Source of the DNA: an uncultured Heliobacteriaceae bacterium
GTDB lineage: Bacteria > Acidobacteriota > Blastocatellia > RBC074
Assembly (NCBI GenBank): GCA_964468345.1
Contig: CAYXVZ010000024.1
Location: forward strand, 2,632-66,631
DNA length: 64,000 nt
Direction of reading: 5' to 3'
In this document: positions 1-10,284 of the stretch, piece by piece
Layout of the letters: the number at the start of each line of letters is the position of its first letter
Position numbering within the stretch: the first letter of the stretch is position 1
Made by a program: the position numbers and the translations under genes
Notes under the pieces: model-generated
Told to the model about the DNA's origin: nothing
Seen by the model: only the letters and a program-made list of their open reading frames with translations
Database searches by the model: none

Positions 1-258
1 CCGCAAACGAAATCCTTGACCGAGGAAGAGCGGAAAAAGGTCCCCGGCTATCCGCAGGACATGATGATGATCATGGACGATGAAGTCGCAAAGCCCGAAA
101 CATGGGGCCTTGCGCCGGGTTGGACGGCCTCCATGATGGGGATGATGACCCTCGTTCGGGTTTTGCCGGAGGATAAATACAACACGATCATGGCGATGAT
201 CAAGGAAGGCAAGAAGCCCGCGCCGAAGGCGACGCACGAACATAAACACGGCGAATAG
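1..258 (+). CDS. 3' end of a gene truncated by the window edge. C-terminal 80+ aa, Met-rich with a His-rich tail (HEHKHGE); function unknown
   Basis: Open frame continues to nt 1 in the same frame as ORF 16..258. No recognisable domain. Confidence 0.35.
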   Translation, partial: PQTKSLTEEERKKVPGYPQDMMMIMDDEVAKPETWGLAPGWTASMMGMMTLVRVLPEDKYNTIMAMIKEGKKPAPKATHEHKHGE

Positions 259-307
259 AGCAGCATCTCTTATTGGTCATTGGCCAATGAGAAATGAGCG
301 ATGATGT

Positions 308-425
308 AGAGAGAGTCCGGAATAAACAAAAATAATGGAACAGACGAATGCTTCTATCGCATTCCGTTTGTTTCATTATTTTCGTTTGTTCCGAACTCTC
401 TTCATTGTTTTGGTTGCGGCTTCGC
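308..425. repeat. Palindromic repeat family D copy 1 (hairpin arms around the ggaacaaacgaa / ttcgtttgttcc core)
   Basis: Inverted repeat aacaaaaataatggaacagacgaatgc ... gcattccgtttgtttcattattttcgtttgtt. Clear homology to 35427..35545, including the shared 3' tail gttttggttgcg.ttcgcc. Confidence 0.6.
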
Positions 426-511
426 CACTTCATGCACCTGTGGTAATACTATCCAAAAGTTGTTTGCTCTAAGCGTGGGGCTGCTGTGACAGGCGGCGAT
501 CGGTTCATGAA

Positions 512-1429
512 TCAGCGTTCCCAGGGAGCGCCCTCCCGAAAGCTGGCTTTCAAGAACTCCACGAAGATGCGGACTTTCTCCGGGACGTAACTGCGAGATG
601 GATAGAGCGCCCAGGCCGCGGCGTCGTCGAGTGCAGCCGTCACTTCGTATTCCGGGAACAGATCCACCAAAGTCCCTTCGCGCAATTCCTTCCCAATCAC
701 CCAGCGACCTTGCAGGATGATTCCCATGCCGGCCAGCGCGCATTGCTTGAGCGCCATCGCGTTGGATGTGCGCAGGAATTCGTTGATGGCGACCTCCTGG
801 CGAGCGCCTTCCCGGTCTGTGAATTTCCACGTGTTTCGACTGAAGCCCGACAGCGCCAGCAGCAGGCAACGGTGTTGTTGCAACTCGCGCGGGGTTTCAG
901 GACGGCCATACCGTTTCAGGTAAGCGGGCGAAGCGCAGACGCTTGAGATCATCGGGCAGAGCTTGTGCGCGATGAGCGTTGAGTCCGGCATCGGCCCGAC
1001 GCGGATCGCGATGTCGATGTTTTCCGCGATCAGATCCAGCAGCGAGTCCGTCCACAGCAATTCATAACGCAGATCCGGATACATTTCAGAAAACTCCGGC
1101 AACAGCGGCGTGATGTTGTGTTCGGCAAAACTGACCGGACTCGAGATTCGCAGCACGCCTTGCGGCCGATGGTTGACCTCGGAGGCCAGCAACCTCGCCC
1201 TGTTCAGTTCCTCGACCAGCGGTTCCACGCGTTCGAAATAGATCTTTCCCGCTTCCGTCAGGCCGATCTTCCGCGTGTCTCGTTGAAAGAGACGAAGATT
1301 CAATTCGCTTTCGAGCGCGGCGATCGTTCGTGAAATCGTTGCCGGGTCGACGTTCCGATCCCGCGCGACCGCCGCGAAATTTCCGCGGTTCACACACTCG
1401 ACAAAAATAGCGAGGCTTTCCGTATTCAT
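512..1429 (-). CDS. LysR-family transcriptional regulator
   Basis: N-terminal HTH (MNTESLAIFVECVNRGNFAAVARDRNVDPATISRTIAALESELNLRLFQRDTRKIGLTEAG) followed by a LysR substrate-binding domain. Internal Met at 1429 is chosen as the start; the ORF's 33-aa upstream extension has no support. Divergent from the SDR gene, the classic LysR arrangement. Confidence 0.85.
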   Translation of the reverse strand: MNTESLAIFVECVNRGNFAAVARDRNVDPATISRTIAALESELNLRLFQRDTRKIGLTEAGKIYFERVEPLVEELNRARLLASEVNHRPQGVLRISSPVSFAEHNITPLLPEFSEMYPDLRYELLWTDSLLDLIAENIDIAIRVGPMPDSTLIAHKLCPMISSVCASPAYLKRYGRPETPRELQQHRCLLLALSGFSRNTWKFTDREGARQEVAINEFLRTSNAMALKQCALAGMGIILQGRWVIGKELREGTLVDLFPEYEVTAALDDAAAWALYPSRSYVPEKVRIFVEFLKASFREGAPWER

Positions 1430-1563
1430 TCTTGCAGGTTTCGCAATGGTGATTTGCAGTTCAGTGTCTGTTTCGGCTCTCTGCATTCCAGTATATTCCG
1501 CTCCGTCGACGAATGAGGCGACAAACAATGAAGAGAAACCAGATCAACGACAGGAGGAATGTT

Positions 1564-2274
1564 ATGGAACTCAAGCAGGCAACCGTATTTCTCACCGGGG
1601 CGAATCGCGGCATCGGTCGCGCGTTGGCGGATGAACTCTATCGCAGAGGCGTCAAACGCATTTACGCCGCGACCCGCAAACCGGAAGACATCCAGGGGAA
1701 CGAGGTCATCGTGCCGGTCAAACTGGATGTCACCGACCGGCAGGCAGTGAAAGCGGCGGCGCAGCAGGCCGGCGACGCGACGATTCTGATCAACAACGCG
1801 GGCGCGCTTGCGCCGGGCAGTTTGCTGGATGCCCCGCTGGAATTGATCGCGCGCGATCTCGACACGAATTATTTCGGCACGCTGAACATGATTCGCGCCT
1901 TTGCGCCCATCATTGAAAGCAATGGCGGCGGCGCCGTCGCGAACGTGCTCAGCGTCGTTGCGCTGGCCAGCATGCCGGGCCTCGGCGGATATAGCGCCTC
2001 GAAAGCGGCGGCCTATTCAATGACGATGGCGCTTCGCGCGGACCTGCAACCCAAAGGCATTCGCGTGCACGCCGTTCTGCCGGGGCCGGTCGATACCGAT
2101 ATGGCCTCGGAAATAACGCTGCCGAAAACGAGCCCGCAGGCTGTGGCCGCGGCAATTCTGGACGGCATTCAAAATGGCGTGGACGATATTTACCCCGATC
2201 CGATGTCCGATCAGATCAGCCGCACCTGGCTCGCGAATCCGAAAGAACTCGAACGCCAGTTCGCCGCGGCCTGA
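1564..2274 (+). CDS. Short-chain dehydrogenase/reductase (SDR) family oxidoreductase
   Basis: TGANRGIGRA Rossmann motif, NNAG motif, catalytic YSASK (YxxxK). AGGAGG Shine-Dalgarno 6 nt upstream of the ATG at 1564. Confidence 0.9.
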   Translation: MELKQATVFLTGANRGIGRALADELYRRGVKRIYAATRKPEDIQGNEVIVPVKLDVTDRQAVKAAAQQAGDATILINNAGALAPGSLLDAPLELIARDLDTNYFGTLNMIRAFAPIIESNGGGAVANVLSVVALASMPGLGGYSASKAAAYSMTMALRADLQPKGIRVHAVLPGPVDTDMASEITLPKTSPQAVAAAILDGIQNGVDDIYPDPMSDQISRTWLANPKELERQFAAA

Positions 2275-2322
2275 TTCATCATCGCCGGCATCGCGAATGA
2301 TTTTCTCGAGAGATTGTATATA

Positions 2323-2385
2323 GAATTCAAGAAAAAGAATTTCATCCACGAAGTCACACGAAGTCACACGAAGAAAACCGATATC
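2323..2385. repeat. Solo arm of repeat family A' (gaattcaagaaaaagaatttcatccacgaagtcacacg), 38/38 identical to 49726..49763, followed by a tandem cacgaagtcacacgaag
   Basis: Exact 38-nt match to the left arm of the complete inverted-repeat element at 49726..49850. No matching right arm is present here. Confidence 0.6.
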
Positions 2386-2573
2386 GCCCTCGGGGCGAAG
2401 CCCAAATCGGCATCTTCGTCCGTCACAATAATGCCGCGGGAAGCAAAAAATATTCCTGAATCTGGCATTGAGAGGGGTGATGCAGGCATTTCTACAAAGA
2501 TCTTTCTCCGCTGGAGCGAGAAGATCATCCCGTACATTGAAGCGAGACTGAATCAAAGCGAACCCAACTGGTG

Positions 2574-2672
2574 ACAACGAAGAAATCAAAAGGCAAAAGG
2601 CAAAAGGATCGACCTTGAAGCCTCTTTTGCGAGATAAGGTTCGTACTTTTGCCGTTTGATTTCTTCGTTGCA
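2574..2672. repeat. Palindromic repeat family C copy 1 (caacgaagaaatcaaaaggcaaaaggcaaaagg ... cttttgccgtttgatttcttcgttg)
   Basis: Inverted arms of about 24 nt. The aaaggcaaaaggcaaa core recurs at 55548..55600. Confidence 0.6.
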
Positions 2673-3218
2673 CACCTCTGTATGCATAGAAAGGAAAGCT
2701 TCAATATGGCCGAAAACACAGGATTCACACCCGCGCTGGGAAAACTTCACGCTTGATGAATCTATTCGCGCAGAAGCGCTCACCGCTTCTTCCAAGCGGG
2801 ACCAATCACTTTCAAATAACTCAATGCTCATACATAACCGGCTTGCGGAGTAAGTGCCTGGTTATTGTGTTAGAAGCAATCAGACACGTAAGTTACTTTT
2901 TCATTTTTCCTGCCATCCTGTCTACGTTGCGTAAAAATTCGCAGTTATATTGAGGAATATCGTCCTGGACGCACTGCATGAAGAATATCCAGTAAATAGT
3001 TCTTGACTAGAACTAATAACATGGCCACAATCAGATTGAAAGAAAAGTCCTACGAGATTTGTAGGACGCAGTGATCGTTAAGGTCATGTTGTATCCCCGA
3101 TTGTTTCCCAATTTCCAATTCACGTGCCCGCCAATTAGTCGTTCAAAAATCTGCCCCTTGTATTAAGCGATGAAACTGCTCCTGGGATAGGTGTGCCCCG
3201 AAGCCGAGCCCATGCGCA

Positions 3219-5063
3219 GTGAAGTCAGCAGGTTTTTTTCAAATGGTGACTCCCCTTTTTTTGCTCTTCACATTTCTATCGGCTTTTCACATCTCATCTT
3301 TACAGGGGGAATGGCTGTATAGCACTTCACCCATGAGTCTGTCGGTGCGTATTGAGCCGCAGGAGCAAACACTGGACTTGCTCTACAATCAGGCGATTCG
3401 ATATTTAGAATCCAATCAATTGGAGCTGGCTGTTGCGGTTTTGGAAACAATACAGAGCCGTGATCCAAATTTTAAGGACGTAGCGACGAGGCTTGATATT
3501 GCCCGGAAAAAGCTCGTCCTGAGACAGCGCGGCGAGCAGTTAAGAATCGAATACACGCGAGCGGTCGCAGCCCTGAAGGTGGAGGACTGGCCTAATGTGA
3601 TCGTCTCATTGGAACGGGTTATTGAAATCAATCCACAGTACAAGGATGCGAATGCGCTGCTGACGATGGCGAGAAAAAACAGCGAGGCATCCAGGCTTTA
3701 TGATGAAGGAATTCGATTGCAAAGCCAGGGCGATTTAAAGGGGGCCCTGGATCGCTTCCGCAAAGCCCAGGGAACGAACCCGGCCTATCGGGACCTGCGC
3801 GAGTTGATGCCCAAACTGAATGCACAACTGGATCGCATCAACAAAGACGCGCAGGTGTTGTATGTGGAAGCGATGAACCAGATGCAGGCCAAAAACTGGG
3901 ACAGCGCCGTCACGACCCTGGAAAAAATTCAATCTCTCTCTCCCGGATATTCGGATGTGCAGGCAAAGCTCACGGAGGCCAATGCAAATCGGTTGGCGGA
4001 TGCCAAGCTATCGAACGTAACGCGTCGCCGCCTGGAAATGCTGTATCTTTCAGCCGGCCTGCTGGCGTTGATTACGCTTCCGCTGGTTGGATTATTGATT
4101 TTCTCGCCGGTCAGCCGCGCAAAAGCTCTCGCGCTGAGCAGAAATTATGCTGCCGCGGTCGAAATCTATGAAGCCGTTCTCAAAAGCACGCCCGGGAGGA
4201 TGGGGTTGTATAAGGAACTCGCCGATTTATATGTACTGCTCAATCGGCGAGACAAGCGGGCATTACAGATCTACAAAACGGTTCTTCAATTCGATCTCAA
4301 AGCCAAAAAGCGCGACGAAATCGAAATGATCGTCTCTCAGAATTATATGGGAGAGGAAGATATCGATATCGACAGGTTGCAGGGACTTCATCTCGGAACG
4401 CCTCGCGTCAAAACGATGAGTTGGACGGAACACCTTGAAGCCTGTCTGACGGCAGTGGAACAGTTCGATAATGCAGGCCTCGATAATGCACTCGCCCGCG
4501 CGGCAATGGATCTGAGCCATCCGGTGCTGTTGACGCAGGTGATTATGCCGATGATGCAAACCATCGGACAACAGTGGGCAGAGGGGACCATGCGCGTGAA
4601 ACACGAACATATGGCCTCTGCCACGGTCCGCAACTTTCTCGGCACGCTCATCGAGTCATATACGCCGCCGCCCGATGCGCCGGCGATCATCGTCACAACA
4701 CCTAAAGGGCAGTTGCATGAACTCGGGGCCCTGGCGGCCGGCATCGTCGCGGCTTCGGAAGGATGGCGCGTTCTCTATCTGGGCCCCAATCTGCCCGCGG
4801 ATGAAATCGCGGCGTCCGTCAAAAAGATGCGCGCCAAAGCCGTCGCTCTCAGCTTGATCTGGCCGGATGGAAATCCGGACGTCGATGCCGAGATTCAGAA
4901 ATTGCGGAAGCACCTCGGTGTTTCGGTCGCATTGATCGTTGGCGGACGGGCTGCCGAAAGCCATAGCGCAACACTGAACGAAGTCGGTGCGATCCGAATC
5001 CACTCGGTTCACGAATTGATCAGCTTTCGTGAAATTCTCGAAAACGTCCGACTGAAATATTGA
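3219..5063 (+). CDS. Membrane-anchored TPR-repeat protein with a C-terminal CarH-type cobalamin (B12)-binding light-sensor module. There is no DNA-binding domain.
   Basis: N-terminal hydrophobic segment, TPR-like helical repeats, an internal TM helix (LSAGLLALITLPLVGLLIF), then a B12-binding_2 helix bundle carrying the W-x9-EH motif (WAEGTMRVKHEH). A Rossmann B12 domain follows with a variant DxHxxG (QLHELG), S-L (ALSLIW) and GG (IVGG). GTG start at 3219; an alternative ATG is at 3243. Confidence 0.7.
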   Translation: MKSAGFFQMVTPLFLLFTFLSAFHISSLQGEWLYSTSPMSLSVRIEPQEQTLDLLYNQAIRYLESNQLELAVAVLETIQSRDPNFKDVATRLDIARKKLVLRQRGEQLRIEYTRAVAALKVEDWPNVIVSLERVIEINPQYKDANALLTMARKNSEASRLYDEGIRLQSQGDLKGALDRFRKAQGTNPAYRDLRELMPKLNAQLDRINKDAQVLYVEAMNQMQAKNWDSAVTTLEKIQSLSPGYSDVQAKLTEANANRLADAKLSNVTRRRLEMLYLSAGLLALITLPLVGLLIFSPVSRAKALALSRNYAAAVEIYEAVLKSTPGRMGLYKELADLYVLLNRRDKRALQIYKTVLQFDLKAKKRDEIEMIVSQNYMGEEDIDIDRLQGLHLGTPRVKTMSWTEHLEACLTAVEQFDNAGLDNALARAAMDLSHPVLLTQVIMPMMQTIGQQWAEGTMRVKHEHMASATVRNFLGTLIESYTPPPDAPAIIVTTPKGQLHELGALAAGIVAASEGWRVLYLGPNLPADEIAASVKKMRAKAVALSLIWPDGNPDVDAEIQKLRKHLGVSVALIVGGRAAESHSATLNEVGAIRIHSVHELISFREILENVRLKY

Positions 5064-5124
5064 CTTCTCCATGAACGAACGGCTTGCTCTTTGAATAAGC
5101 AGAGCGCTTTCCAAGGAAGCTAAG

Positions 5125-6351
5125 ATGTCAATATGTGATTTATGCGATCGTCAGATTGGTGAATCTCCTCGCGAATTTTCGGCCGAGCAGGTGAAACGCG
5201 CCGTGCAGGTGGGATTGCGTCCCGGGGGAATCGTTCTTGGCGATAACGAAACCAGCCATGCAGGGGCGGGAAAAACTCTTTCGCAAAAATGGCTCCCCTC
5301 TCTATTTTTCGGCAAGGCCAGAGAACGCCGGGTCAATCATCTCGCGGTAGAAAACCCGGATGAATGGATCGAAAAAGTCCTGGCGGATTCGACCAACTGG
5401 TCGGTCTGTTCCGTTTGCGGATCGTTAATTGACAGATGCCTGTGGAAGTTCGAGCAGTCACGACAACTCACGTCGCAATCACCAATAGATCCTCCCACAA
5501 AAGCCCAACCCGAAATCAGACAGAAGGAAGATATGGAAGAACTCACCGCGCCGCAACAACCGCAGTTACTTGCCACGCAGGATGTGGACCCCGCACAGAT
5601 TGCAACCATGACGGACCTGCAACTTGATCGGCTCCCTATCGGCGTCATCACCGTCGATTTTGATGGCGACGTGGTTTTTTATAATGAATGGCAAGCTAAA
5701 TTCAGCGGGATTCCGCGTTATCTGGTGTTGGAGCGTAACTTTTTCGGAGAAATTGCCCCCTGCACCCGCGTGCGAGCCTTTGGGGGGCGGTTTTTTGCCT
5801 ATGTGGACGATTTGAAGGCGACGCCAAATTTTTCCCGCATCGAAACCTTCGACTATGTATTCACATTCCTTCAGTTCGAATACGTGAAGATTGTCTTCGC
5901 ACCGGCAAGAGTCCCGGGGACGATCAACATCATGGTTTTCAAGCAAAACTATGAGCGGTTCCACACGCCTTCCGATCTGTACCGCACTCTCGACCTTGCC
6001 GCCTTGCGGCACATGACGCCGGAGGAAAAAGACATGATGTCATACGGCGTTATCACACTCGATAAAGACGATCAGGTGATCTCCTATAATGACTGGGAAG
6101 CACGCCTGGCGGGCCTTCCGAGGCATAAGGCGCTCCATCAACATTGGTTTAAACAACTGGCTCCCTGCACGCGTGTAAAAGATTTCGAAGGAAGATACCG
6201 AGCCTTTAAAAATGGCAAAATGGATTCCGAGATGTTTGAATTCATTTTCCCGTTTTCCCAAGGGGCGCAATTCGTCAATTGTATTTTCCTGCCCGCAGAT
6301 GAGGACGGGACCGTCGACATCGTTATTTTCAAACGAAAACTGATAATTTAA
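5125..6351 (+). CDS. Protein with an N-terminal Cys-rich (CxxC...CxxC) region and two tandem photoactive-yellow-protein (PYP)-like PAS domains
   Basis: Two copies of the PYP hallmark: NFFGEIAPCTRVRAFGGRF (Cys213, nt 5761-5763) and HWFKQLAPCTRVKDFEGRY (Cys348, nt 6166-6168). Each is preceded by a PYP-like YN(E/D)W(Q/E) chromophore-pocket segment. The N-cap MTDLQLDRLPIGVITVD resembles PYP MDDGQLDGLAFGAIQLD. Confidence 0.7.
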   Translation: MSICDLCDRQIGESPREFSAEQVKRAVQVGLRPGGIVLGDNETSHAGAGKTLSQKWLPSLFFGKARERRVNHLAVENPDEWIEKVLADSTNWSVCSVCGSLIDRCLWKFEQSRQLTSQSPIDPPTKAQPEIRQKEDMEELTAPQQPQLLATQDVDPAQIATMTDLQLDRLPIGVITVDFDGDVVFYNEWQAKFSGIPRYLVLERNFFGEIAPCTRVRAFGGRFFAYVDDLKATPNFSRIETFDYVFTFLQFEYVKIVFAPARVPGTINIMVFKQNYERFHTPSDLYRTLDLAALRHMTPEEKDMMSYGVITLDKDDQVISYNDWEARLAGLPRHKALHQHWFKQLAPCTRVKDFEGRYRAFKNGKMDSEMFEFIFPFSQGAQFVNCIFLPADEDGTVDIVIFKRKLII

Positions 6352-6370
6352 AGGCGGTTTGTTATTTCAT

Positions 6371-6518
6371 CGTTAAATCAAAGCAAGTAAAAAGGCACAA
6401 ATCGCGAAGAAACGAAGATCACGAAGAAAGACGAGTTAATAAACCTTCTCTCTCTCCTTCGTGATCTTCGTTTTTTCGTGATTTGTATCTCTTTCTTGCT
6501 CGGCTTGATTTAGCTCCG
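6371..6518. repeat. Palindromic MITE/REP-like repeat family A copy 1 (cacgaagaaacgaaga-type)
   Basis: Inverted repeat aaatcgcgaagaaacgaagatcacgaagaaag ... ccttcgtgatcttcgttttttcgtgattt, flanked by ttaaatcaaagcaag / cttgctcggcttgattta ends. It lies between convergent genes. Confidence 0.65.
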
Positions 6519-6920
6519 CTCTTTGCCTCGGGATGCCTTTGCGCCGGCAGGCCGTGGCTGATAGGGGATTCCCGTGGTCGTTTCGCTGATCTCGAATTTA
6601 TATCGGGCAAGGTCTTTTACCTTGCCCGACGCTTCGATCGGAATGCCTTCCGCAATCAGCAGGTCGCGTTGCGTGTGACCGTATCGATCTGCATTCTTCG
6701 CCTTAACCTCGCCTTTTTCACCAACGACGCGATACCAGGGGACCGTTTCTTTCTCGTCTTCATCGAGCATCGTCAGGATATAGGCAACGTGCCGGGACAT
6801 CACCTCGATATGGTCGCCGATGGATTTATAAGTTGCGACCTTGCCGAAGGGAATCGACCCGGTCATTGCCAGAATCTGGCTTTTGATTCGCGCAAATGCT
6901 TCGGATTGGGCCATAGACAA
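6510..6920 (-). CDS. Alkyltransferase-like protein (ATL; MGMT/Ogt DNA-binding fold without the catalytic Cys)
   Basis: The MGMT C-terminal domain active-site PCHRV motif is replaced by PWYRVV (Cys->Trp), the ATL signature. Its start is 1-2 nt downstream of the pstB' stop, so it is co-transcribed with the pst operon. Confidence 0.7.
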   Translation of the reverse strand: MSMAQSEAFARIKSQILAMTGSIPFGKVATYKSIGDHIEVMSRHVAYILTMLDEDEKETVPWYRVVGEKGEVKAKNADRYGHTQRDLLIAEGIPIEASGKVKDLARYKFEISETTTGIPYQPRPAGAKASRGKERS

Positions 6921-6921
6921 A

Positions 6922-7694
<773 letters not shown>

Positions 7695-7698
<4 letters not shown>

Positions 7699-8459
7699 CC
7701 AAATATGCCGTTGACGTATTCGTAGGTTTGCCGGCTCGCCGGGTGATCCGAGAACACCGTCGCGGTGTCGTTCAACTCCACAATCTCGCCTTTCCAGAGA
7801 AACATCGTGCGGTCCGCCAGGCGTCGCGCCTGTTGCGTCAGATTGGTCACGAGGATGATCGTTATTTGCGATCGCAATTCCTGGAGGGCTTCTTCGATGC
7901 GCATCGTCGTGACCGGATCGATGGCGATCGAAAACTCATCGAGACAAAGGACCTCGGGATTGTGCGAAAGGGCGCGGGCGATGGTCAGCCGCTGTTGCTG
8001 GCCGCCGGAAAGTTTCGTCCCCAATGTATCGAGGCGGTCTTTTACCTCGTCCCACAACGCGGCTTTGCGCAGGCACGATTCAACGAGTTCATCGAGCCGC
8101 CCTTTTTCCCGTAAGCCGGCCATGCGCGGCGCAAAAGCGACATTATCATAAATTGTCATCGGCAACCCGACCGGCAGCGGCGCGACCATGCCGATCTTTT
8201 GCCGCAACTCGGAGACGTTTCTGATCCGGGCGGTGTCCGCGCCGTCCAGCTTCACCGATCCGCTCACCGTCGCCATCGCCGTGAATTCCAGCGTGCGATT
8301 GAGCGCCTTGAGCATGGTGGTCTTGCCCGATTGCGCCGGGCCGATCACGGCCAGCACTTCATTCGCATAGACATCGAAGGAAATGCCCTTGAGCGCGGCG
8401 AGCTTCCCATACGCGACGCGCAAGTCCGTGACTTCGATTTTTTTCTCTCGGTTCACCAT
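7695..8459 (-). CDS. pstB: Phosphate ABC transporter ATP-binding protein PstB, paralog 1. The signature is consensus; Q-loop, D-loop and H-loop are degenerate.
   Basis: GPAQSGKTT Walker A, consensus LSGGQQQRLTIAR signature. The Q-loop Gln is absent (MVAPLPV), Walker B/D-loop reads VLCLDEFSIAID, and the H-loop His is replaced by Asn (ILVTNLTQ). Start chosen at MVNREKK (ATG 8459); the 53-aa upstream extension would overlap pstA. Confidence 0.85.
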
Positions 8460-9379
8460 TTCTTGTGCGAGCGCAGGTACAGGCGGAATGCGATCGAGAC
8501 CGCATTGACCGCAAGGACCGTGCTGAGCAGCACGACAGCCGTCCCATAGGGAAGGGCTTCCGGCACATCGGGCACCTGTGTCGACACCGTGAACAGATGC
8601 ATCGAAAGCGCCATGCACTGATCGAATAATCCGTAGGCGAAAAGATCTCCGCTTTTGATAGCTTTATAGAACACCGCGCCCGTGAACATGACGGGCGCCG
8701 TTTCGCCGGCCGTGCGCGAAACCTGCAGGATAATGCCGGTCAAAATGCCGCTGATGGAGTTCGGCAGAACGACGTGGCGGATCGTCTGCCACCGCGTCGC
8801 GCCCACGTTCCAGCATGCTTCGCGAAAGGCGCGGGGCACGGCGGCCAGCGATTCCTTGGTGCCCGCGATGATCACCGGCAGCGTCATAATCGCCAGCGTC
8901 AGCGAAGCCGCCAATATCGAGCGCCCCATGCCGGCAAAAACGACAAAGGCGCCGAGACCGAAAAGCGCATGCACGATGCTCGGAACCCCCGCCAGATTTA
9001 CGACCGCCAGATTGACCAGCCGCGTGGACCACGTATCCGGCGCATATTCATGCAGATAGACCGCCGCCAACACTCCCACGGGCGTGGCCACAGCGAGGGA
9101 AATCAACACCAGATAAATTGTGCCGAGCAGGGCCGGCCAGAGGCCGCCCTCGCGCATTCCCCGAATCGGCGGATCGAACAGAAAATTGATTGAAAGAATA
9201 GGCGCCGCGCGAACCAACAAATAGAGAACGATCGCGACCAGCGGCACAATCATCAGCAGCGCCATGGTAAAAAAGATGGTTTGCGCGATGCGCTCCGTGC
9301 GCTCTTTGCGACGCACAAAATTCGTTTTCGTAAAACGCGCGGAAGGCGCGGACGCGGGAATCTCCGGAAGGGTATTCAT
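8453..9379 (-). CDS. pstA: Phosphate ABC transporter permease PstA
   Basis: Multi-TM protein with the EAA-like GATRWQTIRHVVLPNSISGILTGIILQVSRTAGETAPVMFTG motif. Confidence 0.9.
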   Translation of the reverse strand: MNTLPEIPASAPSARFTKTNFVRRKERTERIAQTIFFTMALLMIVPLVAIVLYLLVRAAPILSINFLFDPPIRGMREGGLWPALLGTIYLVLISLAVATPVGVLAAVYLHEYAPDTWSTRLVNLAVVNLAGVPSIVHALFGLGAFVVFAGMGRSILAASLTLAIMTLPVIIAGTKESLAAVPRAFREACWNVGATRWQTIRHVVLPNSISGILTGIILQVSRTAGETAPVMFTGAVFYKAIKSGDLFAYGLFDQCMALSMHLFTVSTQVPDVPEALPYGTAVVLLSTVLAVNAVSIAFRLYLRSHKKW

Positions 9380-10269
9380 GCTTTTCTCCGAATGCCGCGC
9401 ACGATCAGGTCGGCGCTGAGATTAACCACAAAGGTAATGGTGAAAAGCAGGATGCCGATGATGAACAGGACCTGATAATGGTCGGAGCCGACCGCGGATT
9501 CGCCGAGTTCGGCCGCGATCGTTGCGGTCAGCGTGCGAACCGGATCGAGCACGCCGTGCGGAATGCGGACCGAGTGGCCCGTGGCCATCAGCACGGCCAT
9601 CGTTTCGCCGATTGCGCGGCCAACGCCAAGCAACACCGCGGCCAGCAGTCCATTGCGTGCCGCGGGCAACAATACGCGGTATATCATCTGCCAGCGCGTC
9701 GCGCCCAGCGCCAATGCCGCTTCGCGATAGGTGTCGGGCACGGCTTTGAGCGCATCTTCCCCGATCGAAACAATGATGGGCACGCTCATCAAGGCCAGGA
9801 TGATGCCGCCGTTGAGCACATTCAACCCGATCGGCGCATCGAAGAGCCGGATGATCAGCGAATTCATCAGCGTCAGGCCGACAAAGCCCCAGACCACCGA
9901 TGGAATCGCGGCCAGCAGTTCGATGACGATCTTGAGCGTTTCGCGATTTCGCGGCGAGCAGAATTCAGACACATATATGGCGGCGCAAATCCCGAAAGGC
10001 ACCGCCAGAAACATGGCAAGCAGCGTCACGCTCAACGTCCCCGCGATCAGCGCAAGGCCGCCGTACCGAACATGGCTCGGTGAAGTCGGATACCATTCGA
10101 TGCTGGTGAAAAACTGCGCCAGACTGAACCGGCCGCTCAGCAGCAGGCCGGCCCCCTCGCGGAAGACGAAAAAGAAGATGCCGAATACGAATAAAATCGC
10201 GCTGGCGCCGCAGAGGCGGATCAGAATTTCAATTGCCCGTTCGGTGAGGATTTCGTGGCGTGCTCGCAA
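9376..10269 (-). CDS. pstC: Phosphate ABC transporter permease PstC
   Basis: GATRWQMIYRVLLPAARNGLLAAVLLGVGRAIGETMAVLMATG motif. 4-nt overlap with pstA. Confidence 0.9.
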   Translation of the reverse strand: MRARHEILTERAIEILIRLCGASAILFVFGIFFFVFREGAGLLLSGRFSLAQFFTSIEWYPTSPSHVRYGGLALIAGTLSVTLLAMFLAVPFGICAAIYVSEFCSPRNRETLKIVIELLAAIPSVVWGFVGLTLMNSLIIRLFDAPIGLNVLNGGIILALMSVPIIVSIGEDALKAVPDTYREAALALGATRWQMIYRVLLPAARNGLLAAVLLGVGRAIGETMAVLMATGHSVRIPHGVLDPVRTLTATIAAELGESAVGSDHYQVLFIIGILLFTITFVVNLSADLIVRGIRRKA

Positions 10270-10284
10270 GGGGCCTCTTTCCGC

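Noticed and set aside
1430-1528. Upstream extension of the LysR ORF (start at 1528)
   Set aside because: The HTH domain begins right after the internal Met at 1429, and the extension would run into the SDR promoter/RBS region.
2323-2400. Possible CRISPR array, from the tandem cacgaagtcacacgaag and aaaggcaaaaggcaaa units
   Set aside because: Units are 6-10 nt, irregular and part of palindromic MITE-like elements. There are no 25-40 nt repeats with unique spacers and no cas genes.
2314-2574. Small ORFs giving peptides like EFKKKNFIHEVTRSHTKK and HEETKSTKK (also 49579..49832, 31712..32135, 17118..17306, 22361..22606, 35100..35642)
   Set aside because: They are translations of the cacgaag-type palindromic repeat families. 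The same peptide recurs wherever the repeat occurs, in either orientation, with no start/RBS context.
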